DNA from: Lama guanicoe
Lineage: Eukaryota
Length of the DNA stretch: 64,000 nt
Direction: 5' to 3'
Assembly (NCBI GenBank): GCA_013239625.1
Contig: MU053561.1
Location: 5,005,214 to 5,069,213 of the forward strand
The notes under the pieces: model-generated
Seen by the model: the letters and a program-made list of their open reading frames with translations, nothing else
The model's database searches: none
Told to the model about the DNA's origin: nothing
Shown here: in pieces, positions 45,835 through 59,233 of the stretch
How the letters are laid out: each line of letters opens with the position of its first letter
Position numbering within the stretch: position 1 is the stretch's first letter
Program-made: the position numbers and the translations under genes

Positions 45835-46791
45835 ATTTACCCCTTCCCACCCCCTTCCCCCCTGGTAACCATAAGTGTGTTTTCTATGTCTGTGAGTCTG
45901 TTTCTGTTTTGTAAATAAGGTCGTTTGTCTTTTTTTTTTTTAATTCCACAGATAAGTGATATCATATGGTATTTTTCTTTCTCTTTCTGGCTTACTTCAC
46001 TTAGAATGATGATCTCTAGATCTATCCATGTTGCTGCAAATGGCATTATTTTATTATTTTTTATGGCTAAGTAGTACTCCATTGTATAAATATACCACAG
46101 CTTCTTTATCCAGTCATCTGTATGGACATTCAGGTTGTTTCCATGTCTTGGCTATTGTAAATTTTGCTGCTATGAACATTGGGGTGCATGTGTCTTTTTG
46201 AATTAAAGTTCACCCTGGATATATGCCTAGGAGTGGGATTGCTGGATCATATGGTAAGTCTATTTTAAGTTTTTTGAGGAATTTCCATACTGTCTTCCAT
46301 AACGGCTATACCAAACTGCATTCCCACCAGCAGTGTAGGAGGTTCCCTTTTCTTCACACCCTCTCCAGCATTTATTGTTCATGGACTTTTGAGTGATGGC
46401 CATTTGACTGGTGTGAGGTGATACCTCATTATAGTTTTGATTTGCATTTCCCTGATAATTAGTGATATTGAGCATGTTTTTATGTGCCTGTTGGCCATTT
46501 GTATGTCTTCATTGAAGAATTGCTTGTTTAGATCTGCCCATTTTTGGATTGGGTTGTTTGTTTTTTTCTTATTAAGTTGTATGAGCTGTTTATATATTCT
46601 GGAGATTAAGCCCTTGTCAGTCTCATCTGTTATAAATATTTTCTCCCATTCTGTAGGTTGCCATTTTGTTTTGCTTATGGTTTCCTTTGCTGTGCAAAAG
46701 CTTATAAGTTTAATTGGGTCTCATTTGTTTATTTTTGCTTTTATTTCTATTGCTTGGGTAGATTGCCCTAGGAGAACATTGCTGAGATTTA
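45835..46791 (-). mobile_element. LINE-1 3' fragment (younger family), lacking the extreme 3' end
   Basis: Minus-strand peptides MEYYLAIKNNKIMPFAATWIDLEIIILSEVSQ and [12 protein letters not shown] are L1 ORF2 C-terminal sequences. Confidence 0.92.
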
Positions 46792-47375
46792 AAACATCAA
46801 ATTTTATTGACTTTACCTCTCAAATGTCTCTTGAATTCTTCTACTTTTCTTCAGCCAATCTAAGATAATGCTCATCTTGTAACTAGCTTATCCCTGTAGA
46901 CTTTTAACTGATCTTCCTCATTCAGTCTTTCCTCCTTCCAAAATAGTCCCCATATGGCTTTTAGACAAATCTGATCATGTGACTCTTAAAACCTTTCAGT
47001 AGTGCCCCAATGTTTCAAACTCTCCATAATCTAGCTTCGGTCTACCTCTCCAGCCTTATGCTGCTGGGCTTCACTCTTAGAGCCATATTGAACCACTGAA
47101 GCCACAAGTTTCCGGTCTCTTTTTGGGCTCAGCTTTGCATGTGCCCAACACCTCTTCCAGGAGGTCTTCTCTGACCTGTCTTAGTTTAGGTTAGAAGTGA
47201 TTTCTGTGCACTCTCACAAGGTACTTAGCATCATTAAAGTTCTTATCACTCTGAATTGTAAGCACCTCTTTTCTAATCTGTAAACAAACACAACCCTTTA
47301 AATTTCTTAACATCAGGGACTATGTCATATTAATTATTGTACTTGGCACATGTTCAATACTAGTTTGTTGAATAA
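46792..47375 (+). mobile_element. LINE-2 3' fragment
   Basis: aaatctgatcatgtgactc...aaaacctttcagt...cagggactatgtc...tttgttgaata. Confidence 0.65.
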
Positions 47376-48172
47376 AAAAGACACACTTACCTGTTACTGT
47401 TTATTGTACCTCCCACTGCCTAGAGAGGCTTCTTACAGAGGCTTATACCTTATTACAATTGCTAGCTTTAGTGCAGGGTCTTATATCTTGTAAAGGCTAT
47501 TCACAAGTCATGTCTCATTGGATCATCCCAGCCAGCCCTCCAGCCAAGAAAGAAGGAAGGGAGGAATGTTACTCTTACTTACGTAAAAAGGAAATATGAT
47601 TCAAATATATTAAGTGACTTGCCTGATGGCAAGTAGTTAGGGATGGTTCATACTGGGTGACAGCTGGGGAGCAGGTGCCAGACTCTGGTAGCAGAGAAAG
47701 CACATAAATGAGCAGGTTCTAAAGAAAACTCTGTTATGAGTAATGAGATTTGAGACCCTAACTCAGGAGATACTGAAGTTATTAAGAAGGTAACAAGAGA
47801 CCTACTGCAGGAGCTCACAACTGCCATGGAGGGAGGGGGCAACTTTGTGTTCCAACCGTTAGAGTGGATCTTACAGTCCTTAAGTGATGATTTGTAGTGT
47901 TTTTGAATGGCAGCACATGTGGCTGGGCTGAGCAAGGATTAGATCCAACACAACAAGCTCAATAAGCGGCTAAAAATCACTGACCAGGGAAAGTTAGGTA
48001 CAGGGTGACCTGATTTTCTAGAGAACAACATGACAGGGTAGGCCAAGCAGAGGGAGGAAATCAAGGACCAGGGAAGATGGCCAAGCAGCTGCTGCCTGTG
48101 AAGGATGGGGTCTGCCCATCTCACACGACACTGTCCCAACTATGTTCTAAGCACCATTCCAAGACTCTACTC

Positions 48173-49000
48173 TTTTTTTTTTTTTTGCTTAAAAAAAATT
48201 TATTGAAGTATAGTCAGTTTACAATGTTGTGTCACTTTCTGGTATACAGGATAATGTTTCAGTCATACATATACATACATATATTCCTTTTCATATCCTT
48301 TTTTGTTATAGATTACTACAAGATATTAAATATAGTTCCCTGCACTATGCAGTAGAAACTTGTTCTTTATCTATTTTATATATAGCAGTTAGTATCTACA
48401 AATTTCAAACTCCCAATTTATCCCTTCCCACCTCCTTTCCCCCACTGGTAACCACAATTTTGTTTTCTATGTCTGTGAGTCTGTTTCTGTTTTGTAAATA
48501 AGTTCATTTGTGTCTTTTTAGATTCCACATATAAGCGATATCATATGATATTTTATTTTCTCTTTCTGGTCTTCTTCACTTAGAATGATGATCTCCAGGT
48601 CCATCCATGTTGCTGCAAATGTCATTATTTTATTATTTTTTATGGCTGAGTAGTACTCCATTGTATAAATATACCACAGCTTCTTTATCCAGTTACCTGT
48701 CAGTGGACACTTAGGTTGCTTCCATGTCTTGGCTATTGTACATAGTGCTGCTGTGCACATTGGAGTGCATGTATCTTTTCAAATTAGAGTTCCCTCCAGA
48801 TATATGTCCAGAAATGGGATTGCTGTATCACAGGGTAAGTCTATTTTTAGTTTTTTTAGGAATCTCCATACTGTTTTCCATAATGACTGCACCAAACTAC
48901 ATTCCCACCAGCAGTGTAGGAGCGCTACCTTTTCTCCACACCCTCTCCAGCATTTATTGTTTGTGGACTTTTGAATGATGGCCATTCTGACTGATGTGAG
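48173..49000 (-). mobile_element. LINE-1 3' fragment with poly-A tail (same family as 45835-46791)
   Basis: Poly-T at about 48173-86. Peptides [16 protein letters not shown]...MEYYSAIK and [11 protein letters not shown]...[14 protein letters not shown]. Confidence 0.93.
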
Positions 49001-49149
49001 GGCCCACCTCTCTTTTTAACACCTTTGAAATGTAACTAGATCATACTATATATCTCCATGACATTCTTTTTACTTCTAAAAGGATATCCAGATATCTTCA
49101 GATCAATTCTTCAAAATATCCAATTATTCTCTGCAGCTTGGGAAGGACA

Positions 49150-49190
49150 TGTGTATGTGTGTGTGTGTGTGAGTGTGTGTGTGTGTGTGT
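49150..49190. repeat. Interrupted (TG)n microsatellite
   Basis: Read directly. Confidence 0.95.
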
Positions 49191-49699
49191 AATGTACATC
49201 ACAGCCTAGCATCATGTTTCCTCTAATTATTTTTAAGTTTCAGTAGACAATCAATTCTGTACAAACAATAAACTAGGAAGCCTGAAAATAATGGGCAGAG
49301 TTGAATGTTGATATTCGTCTTAAAGCGAAGTTAATCAACACAGAATCATCTTTGTGCTGCATGGTGATTAGGTAGAAATGAAAGCCATTTGTGTAGATGA
49401 ATTGTGAGCTAAGTTCGAAGACCCTTGTTCAGACAATCAAAAAGGGGCAAAAAATTACTTGGGAAAAAATTGTTTTAGGATTCTTTAGAAAGTTCCAATA
49501 ACAAATAATACATCCTCAGATAAAAAAAAGCAATAAATGAGGATCCCGATTATAGTCATTTTTAACGCTCCAAGGTTGCTGGAGTTAAAGAAACCGAACA
49601 GCAACAATGAAAACATAGCTCTCTGTGCAGGGCAATAATACAGTGTAGATATTCTGATATTATTGGGGATTGTACACTGCATTGGGCATTGCTGCCGAG

Positions 49700-50110
49700 C
49701 CCTCTGGTAACTATAAGTTTGTTTTCTATGTCTGTGAGTTCTTTTCTGTTTGTAAATAAGTTCATTTGTATCTTTTTTTTAGATTCCACATATAAGTGAT
49801 ATCATATGATAATCTCTAGGTTCATCCATGTTGCTGCAAATGACATTATTTTATTCTTTCTTATGGCTAAGTAGTATTCCACTGTATAAATACACCACAT
49901 CTTCTTTATCCATTCATCTGTTGATGGACATTTAAGTTGCTTCCATGTCTTGGTTATTTTAAATAGTGCTGCTATGAACACTGGGGTGCAGGTATCTTTC
50001 TGAATTAGAGTTTCCTCCGAATATATGCCCAGGAGTGGGATTTCTAGATCATAGGATAAGTCTATTTTTTAGTTTTTTGAGGCATCTCCATACTGTTTTC
50101 CATAATGGAA
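49700..50110 (-). mobile_element. LINE-1 3' fragment (same family), with a 40-nt internal deletion
   Basis: Aligns by eye to about 45860-46305 and 48441-48885. Peptide PLWKTVWRCLKKLK. Confidence 0.9.
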
Positions 50111-50142
50111 GCCTCCACACTTGATGATCATTAAGAGAATTC

Positions 50143-50168
50143 TGTGTGTGTGTGTGTGTGTGTGTGTG
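50143..50168. repeat. (TG)13 microsatellite
   Basis: Read directly. Confidence 0.95.
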
Positions 50169-50999
50169 TTTGTATTTTAGTGCCAGGACATCAGAGCACT
50201 TTAGCAAAAACAACAACAAAAATGCTTTACACATAGGAAAAAAACTCAGGGAAAAAGAGGTCCTGGCTCCATTAAATACGATTATATCCAGAAAACCCAA
50301 GCCATTGATAGATAAACAGTGACAGATGCACATCTCCATTTGTCTTACCAGTTGTACAGAAAGGAAAAAGAAAAGAGGGACACCGAAAACAAACAGCTAC
50401 CAACAAATAGCTTGCCTCTGGGCAGATCACAGGCAGTCAGGAGTTCCTTTGCTGGGACCAGTACTCGCGGCTGAATTAAAGCTCCTTAAATGCTGACACA
50501 GTGGTTCTAGTGGCTAAGCGGATGTTTGCACAACTGATCTAACCAAGAGGAAATTGAAGATCTGTGCTTCTGGGTTTTCACTGCTGAAATGTACTACGGA
50601 AGGGCCTAGTGTGGGGAAAAAACAATTTATCCCAGGAGAGGATAAACCAAGGGTTTTACCTGAAGGTTAGAACTACAGCTCCTAATGGGAAGTGGTTTCT
50701 TCCAATTGCCAACCTTGTAGAATTACAGAATTTGCAATTATTCCAAACTTTCCAGCAGGTCCTCCATTCCCCCTGCCTTTGCCAGCATCCCACAGTTGCA
50801 CTGCTAACTTGGGCTCAGCCCAGCCGCATATCCAAGAACATCACCTTGACCTGTGACATCAATAATTTCAAGAGCCTTAGTTCCGCATTTCTCCGTCCCC
50901 AGTCTAGTGGGGATTAGCTTGAGAAGGCAAGCCCTGGTGTGGAAAAACGGTCTCCCTCATTGTCCCCAGTGTCATTTTTATTAGTCTTCCCTGGGCTGA

Positions 51000-52030
51000 T
51001 ACCATTTCCCTCACACCCAGCCTGCAAGCTCTGTTGGGTCAACCCCGAAAGTCAGTTCTATCTTTATTTCCATGTCTACCCCCACCCCTCCCACCCTACT
51101 CTAAGGCGCCATCGCCTCTCTCCTCTCTTGGGATTACTGCAGAGGCCTCCTGACTGGTCTCTTCGCTTCCACTCTTGCCCCCTGCAATTTGTTCTCCACA
51201 AAACAGACAAGTTGTTTTCTTTATGACTTTAAATATGCATTTAAAAAAAAAGATACCTAAGTAGATAACACAGTAGAATGAAGCCCCAGATTTTTGCTGT
51301 CTTTGTGTCTGGACTATGTTGAAGCAAATCACCCATAAACACCTGCACCTCGTGCATCTCAAACCAACACAGAATTTCTTTTAACCTAAAAAGCATGCGA
51401 TTAGCACACTCAATTAAACAAACAATAATTACTTAATATCATCTGGGATGCCAATTCTGTATTCAAATTTCATAGCTCTCTTTCCACAATTTGTTTGTTT
51501 GAATAAGAATTCAAAGAATTCATATGTCTTTAAGGTTCTTTTATTCTATAATCGTCCCCTCTTCTTCTTTCTCTCTGTGTCATTAATTGATCTCTTTCAA
51601 ATATAAACCAGATCAGGTCATTTCCTGCTCAAAACCCTCCAACCATTTTCCCATGCCATTAGAATAAAATCTAAAACCCTCACCAAGCCCACGGCCCTAC
51701 ATGGTCCAGGCCCTGCCCGCCTCTCCAATCTTCTCTCATCACTGGCTGCCCCAATGGCCTGCCTTAAACACACCAAACTCCCCCACCTGGGACTCTTTGA
51801 TTGCTGTTTCCACTGCCTGAAATGCTGTGTCCTCCCTCGCCACACACACCCAGATCTTGGCAGAACTGCCTCCTTGAACTTCAGGTCACAGTTCAGGTGG
51901 CCACCTCCTCAGAAAGGGACGCCATCCTGGGTCACACATTCTAAATGAGCTCTTCACATCACCCCATATTGATTTTGCCATGCAGCTTATTCCTATCTGG
52001 AACGATCTTGTTAATTTGTTTGTTCACCTG
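51000..52030 (+). mobile_element. LINE-2 fragment interrupted by an AT-rich old L1-like piece (about 51225-51590)
   Basis: ggattactgcagaggcctcctgactggtctc resumes at cagatcaggtcatttcctgctcaaaaccctccaa. Confidence 0.6.
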
Positions 52031-52217
52031 TGTAACGGGACATTAAAATAGAAAGTTTCCACCAAAACACCAAGGGAAATAGATATGAAATTTCAAAGCT
52101 ATATAACCATATACAAAATCTACAAAGGAAGTGTTCAAACACATTTCCATAATTGTGGGCACCCTCAGCCAGATTATGTATATACAAAAGAGGTAAGAAA
52201 ATGAAGAAGGAGGTGAA

Positions 52218-52368
52218 GGGGTAGGTATAGCTCAAGTAGTAGAGCACATGCTTGGCATGTACAAGGTCTTGGGTTCAATCCCCAGTACCTCCTCTAACAT
52301 AAATAAATAAATCGAATTATTCCCCCCCAAATAAATTTATAAAAATAAATACATTTTTTGAAAAAGGA
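52218..52368 (+). mobile_element. tRNA-derived SINE (vic-1-like), long form
   Basis: GGGGTAGGTATAGCTCAAGTAGTAGAGC...GGGTTCAATCCCCAGTACCTCC. 18-bp duplication AAGAAAATGAAGAAGGAG at 52195-212 and 52369-386. Confidence 0.9.
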
Positions 52369-53616
52369 AAGAAAATGAAGAAGGAGAGATTTATAGAGGA
52401 TTTCTTTGGATGGAATTGCTGCTGTCCTGAGACAGCCAACTCCTTCCACCCAAGAGGGAGGGCTAAGATGGGGAGCTCCACCTCCTTCGAGCCTGAAGGA
52501 CCACTTAGAGAGCTTCCTGTGTGTTTCCTCAGGTTGGCAAGAGAGGAGGAGGAGGGTGAGATATTGGACTCGTGCCTGATTCTCACCTAAGAAAACTAAA
52601 GTGGTTAGCCTGGGAAAACAGGCTGGAGGGTGCTGTGCTGGGTTCAGTCTGCACTTCTAGAGCCTGCTGGGATGCAAGATGCCAGAGTACTTCCTATGGA
52701 CCAATGTGAACCACGTGAGGAAAATCAGAGAAGGGTCGTTTTGGGTTCTGCCCAATGGGGGCCCCCAGAGCAGCGATCCCAGCAATGAGAAGCTGGAAGA
52801 GAAGGCCAGGTTTCTAGGGACTAAGGAAGAAAAGCCAAGAAATGTGTCACAATTAAGATGCATCTCCCTGGGCCAAAGGAACTTCAGTGACTAGAATCTC
52901 CAAAGAAAGAGTCAGCTTGAAGTATCTGCCAGGCCCAAAGGACACACTCTCCCAGGGCAGTAAGAACTGCCTCACCCCCTTACTACACACACCCTCTCCC
53001 CCTCACACATGCAATCCCCACCCTGAAAAGAGCAAAATGCTAGCCTGGAAGAGGTGAGCAGGTGAGATGGGGAAGAAGATGAAATAAGAGCAAGGAGAAG
53101 CTGGCTACATCCTCCCTCTGGACTCAGGAAGCCATCCACAGGCCAAAACTCGGAGGCTTTAATTCAACCTTTGGGTGAAACTGGAGCATTTAATCATTAT
53201 CTTGCACCAGGCAATCAAATCTTTAAATTGAGGCTGTTTTTACAACTGAAATTGAGCAAAGGATTGTCTATCGCCTAGGAGTGGACAGATCAGGGGATCT
53301 GCACACACTTGCACTGCGGGAAAAGATCACCACCACTTTGGTCCTATAAGTCAAGAACTTAAGCATGTCAGCTTGTAATCTGTCTCCCTCCGCTGATGTG
53401 TAAGCCTCAGAAGACTGTGGACTTTGTCATCCTGACATTGACTCCCCGGACGGAAAAGAGGATCGGGCATATAGTAAGTACCCCATAAATATTTTAAAAC
53501 AAGTACCATCCAATACTGCCCAGTGGGCTCATCCTTAGGTTCCTCAAGTTGAAGACACTCAGACAACTGAGCTTCTGCTTTGGGCTTATTGGAAGTTTCT
53601 AGAATGTCTGTACTAG

Positions 53617-53960
53617 ATAAGACAGGCTAATGGCCATGGTAACAACCCTGAAATATAATTGGATTAACACAATACAAGTGTATTTCCTGTTCATGCAAAG
53701 TCCGATGAGAACGTTCCTGGGCACCTGGCCTCCAAGCGGTGGCTCGGGGATCTAGGCCCCTTCCCTGCGGCGATGCTGCCATCTTGGACAGGCGGCCTCC
53801 AAGGCGGTGGTGGAAGGGGCGGGAGTGGGGGAAGGCACGGCTGATAGTCAGTCTCTGCAGCTGGGAAATCACACTCTTCATTTCTACTTCTGTTCTTCCA
53901 GCCAGAGCTAATCCTATGGGCCCAAGGATGCTGGAGACACATGGGTTAAGGCTCGTGGTG
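53617..53960 (-). mobile_element. Old MaLR LTR (MLT1-like)
   Basis: Motifs ggtaacaaccctgaaat...aacacaatacaagtgtatttcctgttcatg and gctgccatcttgg. Confidence 0.55.
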
Positions 53961-56001
53961 TCTCGTTAGGCAGCTGCGTCCTGACAGTGCTGCCGCACTG
54001 TGGAAGGAGTCTGAATCTTTGGTGACTGGTTACTACAGCTGTCACAGGAGGCACACGAAGGACAGACTAAAGCCTGTCTTGCTTGCATAAGTAAGTCCTC
54101 TTCCCAGCAGAATGGCACCCAGATGACGGCCCCAGCCAGATATTGAGCCCCACTCATCCCAGACTCACCTCTCCGGTGCCAGCTGTTTCTCAGTCCAGCG
54201 TCCCCTCGGGGTCGCTCCTATCTGTAGAAACCTTGCTATCTCATTAGGGGTTTCAGAACTAGATGTTGCCTATCATATCGTTAAAGATACCCACTCCCTA
54301 TTTTGGGGAGATAAAAAGGTCACACTCACCCCATAACTGGGTCAGCTGCCAGGTGCTAATTTCACCCAGCGAGGCTCCTCCGCTTTGGCCCAATCTGCTG
54401 TGAGTAAACAAGCCTCTGAGAGCCCTGAAATGCCACCTTCGCTTTACAGAAGAACTGGGACCTGGCACTTGACTTGCTCAGGGTCAGAGTTAGAGCTGGA
54501 ATCTGACCCCAGACCCCTGTCCACTCTTTCTGTCACACCATACACCTTCAAAGCCTCATCTCTGCTCAGTCCCCAAATCACCTCCTCTTCTACACAAACT
54601 GAACTTTCTTTATCCCCATATCACAGTAGCCTTTCCACATCTACCTCAGCCACACTTCCTTCATCTGACCCCCAAGACACAGCTTCCCCAGAAAGCCTGC
54701 TCCTTCCTGCTGGTCTGGTATCTGACCCATCCTTTCCCCCCAGGTCCCATTTGGAAGTTCTGTTCTATGTGGAATGTCAAAATCAAAAGGGGCCTCAATG
54801 ACTGATTTCACTGCCCCATCTCCCTTCACCTACCCCCCACCTCGTAGACAAGGGAAATAAAGCCCTGAGGGCTGAAATGACCCACCTGAGATCACGCTGC
54901 TGGTTGTGGCGGTTTGAAGGCACTGCCTATACATCTCTGCAGACACTCCTGGTCTTCCCTGTCTCTCCTGATGCAGTAATCAGGCCTCCCTAGGCAAAGG
55001 CCACCTTCCTGCTGTTAAGCCTGGTAGCCATCATCACAGCAGTGCTTGCTCCCCAGGTCGGATGTCTCTGCCTACAAGGAGGGGACCCTGAAAGAGCTGG
55101 GGAGGTAACCTTTGGCCAGTTGGTGGAGGGACAAAACCAGAGCGGATGAGAACTGATGGATACATGCTTTCTCTTTCTCTCCTCCGGATAGACAGTTCTG
55201 AGATGTCTGTCGTAGGGCTTCTCAGGAGGTCCCACACAATCGGGCAAGCAGGAAGTGGCCCACTTGACAACACGCCTTTGAAGTAGCGCTCCCCGTCCCT
55301 GCTGCGCGCCCTCTGACTTTTGCTCACGCTCTCTAATTTCCACTCTCCAAGAAAATCTCACACGTAAGCCTTTGTCTTCAGCTCTTCAGACTCAGAAAGA
55401 GACAGAAAAGTGACCCCAAGGAATGCCTGGCTACCCAGGTCAGTCCCAGGAGAGGGCACTGGTCTTGGTTAATTCATCAGTCTCCATGTCTTATCCTCAG
55501 CCTTCTTGGTTCAGAAATTTGATTTTTCCAGAACCAAATAGGGGCTCTCTCCCAGGGCCAGATTTTGTTACCCAAGCTCACCAGGGTAGGATACCCACCT
55601 CTTTAGTTACCATACAAAACGTAACTATAAAGCAGGCCAGAGATGTGAGTGAACCTTGTCAGGGCCTCTTCTCTCCATGGACGAGAAACTTGAGAGGCCA
55701 CAGGGCCAGAAAGTCCCTCGGTGAACAGTGAACCCCCAGCAGTTCTAGATCTCATCACTTTGGGACATATCTCTCAGCTAAGTAGCTTGAGGACCTCTCA
55801 AGGCATCAGAAGCAGCCTTGTCTTCCTCTTCATTGTATTAAGAACAAGCTCTTAAAGTGCCAGTGAAGCCATGAAGCTCTCTCTGTAGTAGATGAGGGAT
55901 GTTACATAGAGAAAGTGATGGAAGCCTTTCCTTTCAGTCCTGAGGGATTATGGGGAGAGGAGGTGAGGAAGAGACAAAGGAGAAAGCTTCCCCTCTTTAA
56001 T

Positions 56002-56097
56002 CACACACACACGTACCACGCAACACATACATACACACATCACACACACATCACACACTCCTCACACACCCCACCACATACACACCCCACCACACAC
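56002..56097. repeat. Degenerate CA-rich low-complexity tract
   Basis: Read directly; explains the His/Thr-rich ORF 55915-56142. Confidence 0.85.
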
Positions 56098-56754
56098 TCC
56101 ACTGCTGGGACTGACCTGAAACACCCAGAAAGAAGAAAGTGAAAAGTACTAAGGACACAGAGACATGATGGGCAAAGCATAGACAATGAGGATCAAGTAG
56201 TCATGTGAGGCAGAATGAGGGTCTAGAGAGGACTATGAAAAGACAACCAAGGTTGGTGAGCCACGTGAGGGACACAACGGAAACTCAGAGGGACCCCCAC
56301 CCAGTCAGGAATGCTAAAGAAAGCCTGGGTTGGCCAGGGGGTGAGGTAGGGCCCTGACCAGGCTGAGAAGGACCAAATCACAAATCCCCCTCGCTGCTGG
56401 CTTTAGGGGTACAAGCAGAGACCGGGCCTAGAGACAGGAGATAGAGCCCTGGAGATCAGGGACGCCACCACATGATTCCAAGGAGGCCTCGGGGTCAGGG
56501 TGAGTGGACAGAAGACTCTAGAAACTGGGAGACTGAGCGTTTTTACACACAGTGATTGAATAGTTCCCAGAGGTATTGTTTACACGTTGTTGCCTAGATT
56601 GAACTGAATCTAGATTTTTCTCCCAGCTATTCAGAGGCTGGAGACAAAGATTCCACTTCCCTCTGGATGTCCAGGCTATGGCATAAGTGTTATGACCCTA
56701 GTTGAGTATTTCATGTCGTTGTTGTTATCAGAGGATGCTGTCATCTGTGGAGCC

Positions 56755-57910
56755 CCTCTTCTGTGGGAATGGCCCTCCACACCCACAGGGCAGCCCTAAC
56801 AAACAAGTCGTCTTTCCATTAAGAGGTCCTGCTCCCTCTCCTCCCATTCCTACCTCATGGATGACTGGTCCAGGGTGGACACCTGGCTCAAGCTGGGCCA
56901 ATTGGAATCTGCGCCTTGAGATTTGGACATTTCGATCTGAAGAAGAGGAGCTGTTAGTTGCTGAAAATCACAGTAGATTTCCAGAGCAGTGACTCCAAAG
57001 TACTGTGGGAACTCCCTCAGTGAGCCTCAAACCCTCCCAAAATACAAGTCCTTGCTTCTATTCTTATGAGCAAATGACATTTCTACACAATGCCATAAAT
57101 TTTTATATATAACAAGGGGCTGTTACCTAATAAGCTATGGAATGGGTCATTGTGGATTACTAAAATTTAGGATCTACAAACAAAGTGATTATTTTAAAAG
57201 TGTTCTGAGAACTCTAATTTGACGTTCTGCTGAGGAAGCTGTCTGCTGGGCCAAGCTGGCAATGACGTGATGCTCTCACAGTGTGGGCGCAGAGATAGCT
57301 GGAATTCCTGCAATCAGGGGTAATGACACTTTACTATCAGGGCTTCATCAGTGTTGTTTTGAATTGACTGTGGGTTTTGCTAGCTTAATTATATTGATCA
57401 TTACTTATAAATTACATTAATTATAAATTACTGTAAATTTGGCTTGATTGTTTAGCTTTATAATTAGTTTACTGTGGTTGTGGTGTGGAGTGATCTTTAA
57501 GATCTATCATTTTTCAATAATTAGACTTTAAAACTATGCATTATAATTCAGTTAATATCATCAGACCCCTATATATGCATATACATGCATATCCCCCCTT
57601 AAAATTTTACTAATACAGTGATAATTCATGTAATACTTTTATCCTCTAGAAACTGGGGATCATTGAAAGGTTTCAAGGGTTTTGCTCCTCTTCAAATGAG
57701 TTACAGTGAAAAATTGAGATCTCTCCTCTGGAGGAAGGACCACAAACATCTGACATTAAGCCCCTAGAGCTGCCCTTTTCTTACCTTTTCAGGAACCTCG
57801 TTAATCAACTTCTCTTTTGATTCCATGACTGTGTGTGACATGTTCTCCTTTTGACTTAAACTAGATTGAGTTGGTTTTGGTTACTTCAATCCAGAGAACC
57901 TTAGTTAATA
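56755..57910 (+). mobile_element. ERVL-class LTR (LTR16/33-like) split by an AT-rich insert at about 56988-57720
   Basis: 5' part ggtggacacctggctcaagctgggccaat and 3' terminus ttgagttggttttggttacttcaatccagagaaccttagttaata. Confidence 0.5.
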
Positions 57911-59233
57911 ATTCATTGTATTTTAGATAGGGACAAAAATATTAATGAATCTATAATCTTGCCCCTTCCCTTTGTATTCTAGGGAAAATTCTTCCACTTT
58001 TTTTTTTAAGAGTATGGGTGAAATGGAGAAAGGGAAAGCTAATCAGATGTCTGTTACAAAAGACATGGCAACAGGAAAAAAAAAGAGAGCGAGAGAGAGA
58101 CTCAGAAGGCAAGAACAAGGGGATTAGAATAGAGAAAAATGAAGGAGCCAGATGGGTTGGAAGATTCTAGAAGGAGAGTGAGGAGAGCTTTGCAAAGCAT
58201 AGCTGCTATAATGAGTGGGGAGATACGAGGATTTTTAGGAAGTTTTACTGTGTGCAGAGACCACCCGAAGTGGCCAGTGGCAGCCACGCTCGAACCTGAC
58301 CGATCCTTTACAGTGTACACAGATTTTTCTCAAAACAGATGCAATGATTAGAACCTAATCACTGATAACTATCCACTAAATTATAATCACATTTTAGTCC
58401 TATTTCCCTAGGATTCCTCCCATAACCCCTTGAGTGGAGTTTTGGGGTGTTCCAAATTCTTCATTCCCACATTATAGACAATCTCTTAGTTTATTCCACA
58501 GACATACAATCACATCCACTGAAGGTTGTTTTCATAAGTTTATCTCTGAGGAGACCTTAATTCCAAGTTCTTAGAGGGTTGTTCGCTGCTGCTAAGCTGA
58601 CACTAGACCCTTTTTATGACATTTAGACCTAACTGCACAGTCCCTGGGCCCAGCTCTCAGCCTGGCACTCTTCCCACTACCCCCACGGCCTGCCTAACTT
58701 TCTGCTGATTACCCGAGTGTCTGTTTTCTTCACCCAATCAAATAGACAGCACCGAAGCCAGGACCTATTCCTTCAGCTGTTCTTGTCATCATGGTAAACC
58801 AAAATTAATTGGGGGGCTTTCAAAAAACATAGTTTCCTAGGCTCCAACTTAGACCTACCAAATATGAACTTCACTGAAAGAAGCTCAGTTATTTGGAAAA
58901 CAAAAACAAAAACCTCCTCACTAATCCTATAGACACTCCTGATTTTAAAACACTGCAGTGGGGTATATTTTTTAAGAAAATTCCAGTGTCTGTGGTGTCT
59001 TATATCCTGCCTTTAAATCCTGTAGTGTTAGATACGTTAAAGTATCACCTAAAGAAATTCTTGTTTGTTTGACTAAGCAGCCTGTTCATTAATAAACAGT
59101 CCTTTGACTTAGTAAATATTTGTTTATTATATTACCTAGAGAAATAGAGGGCCCTTGGGAAAGAAAACCCTGTGCAGAATTACTGTATCAACAAATATTT
59201 ATAATGCATCACAAGGGATATAAAAGAGACAAA

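Noticed and set aside
49200..49700. Unique AT-rich segment between L1 copies, considered as a viral or mitochondrial insert
   Set aside because: No recognisable viral or mitochondrial peptide or RNA; a BLAST search would be needed to say more.
52031..53350. Possible very old LTR (starts TGTAAC; similar stretches near 54930-55400, 56100-56700 and 58080-58500)
   Set aside because: Resemblance too vague to assign family or boundaries by eye.
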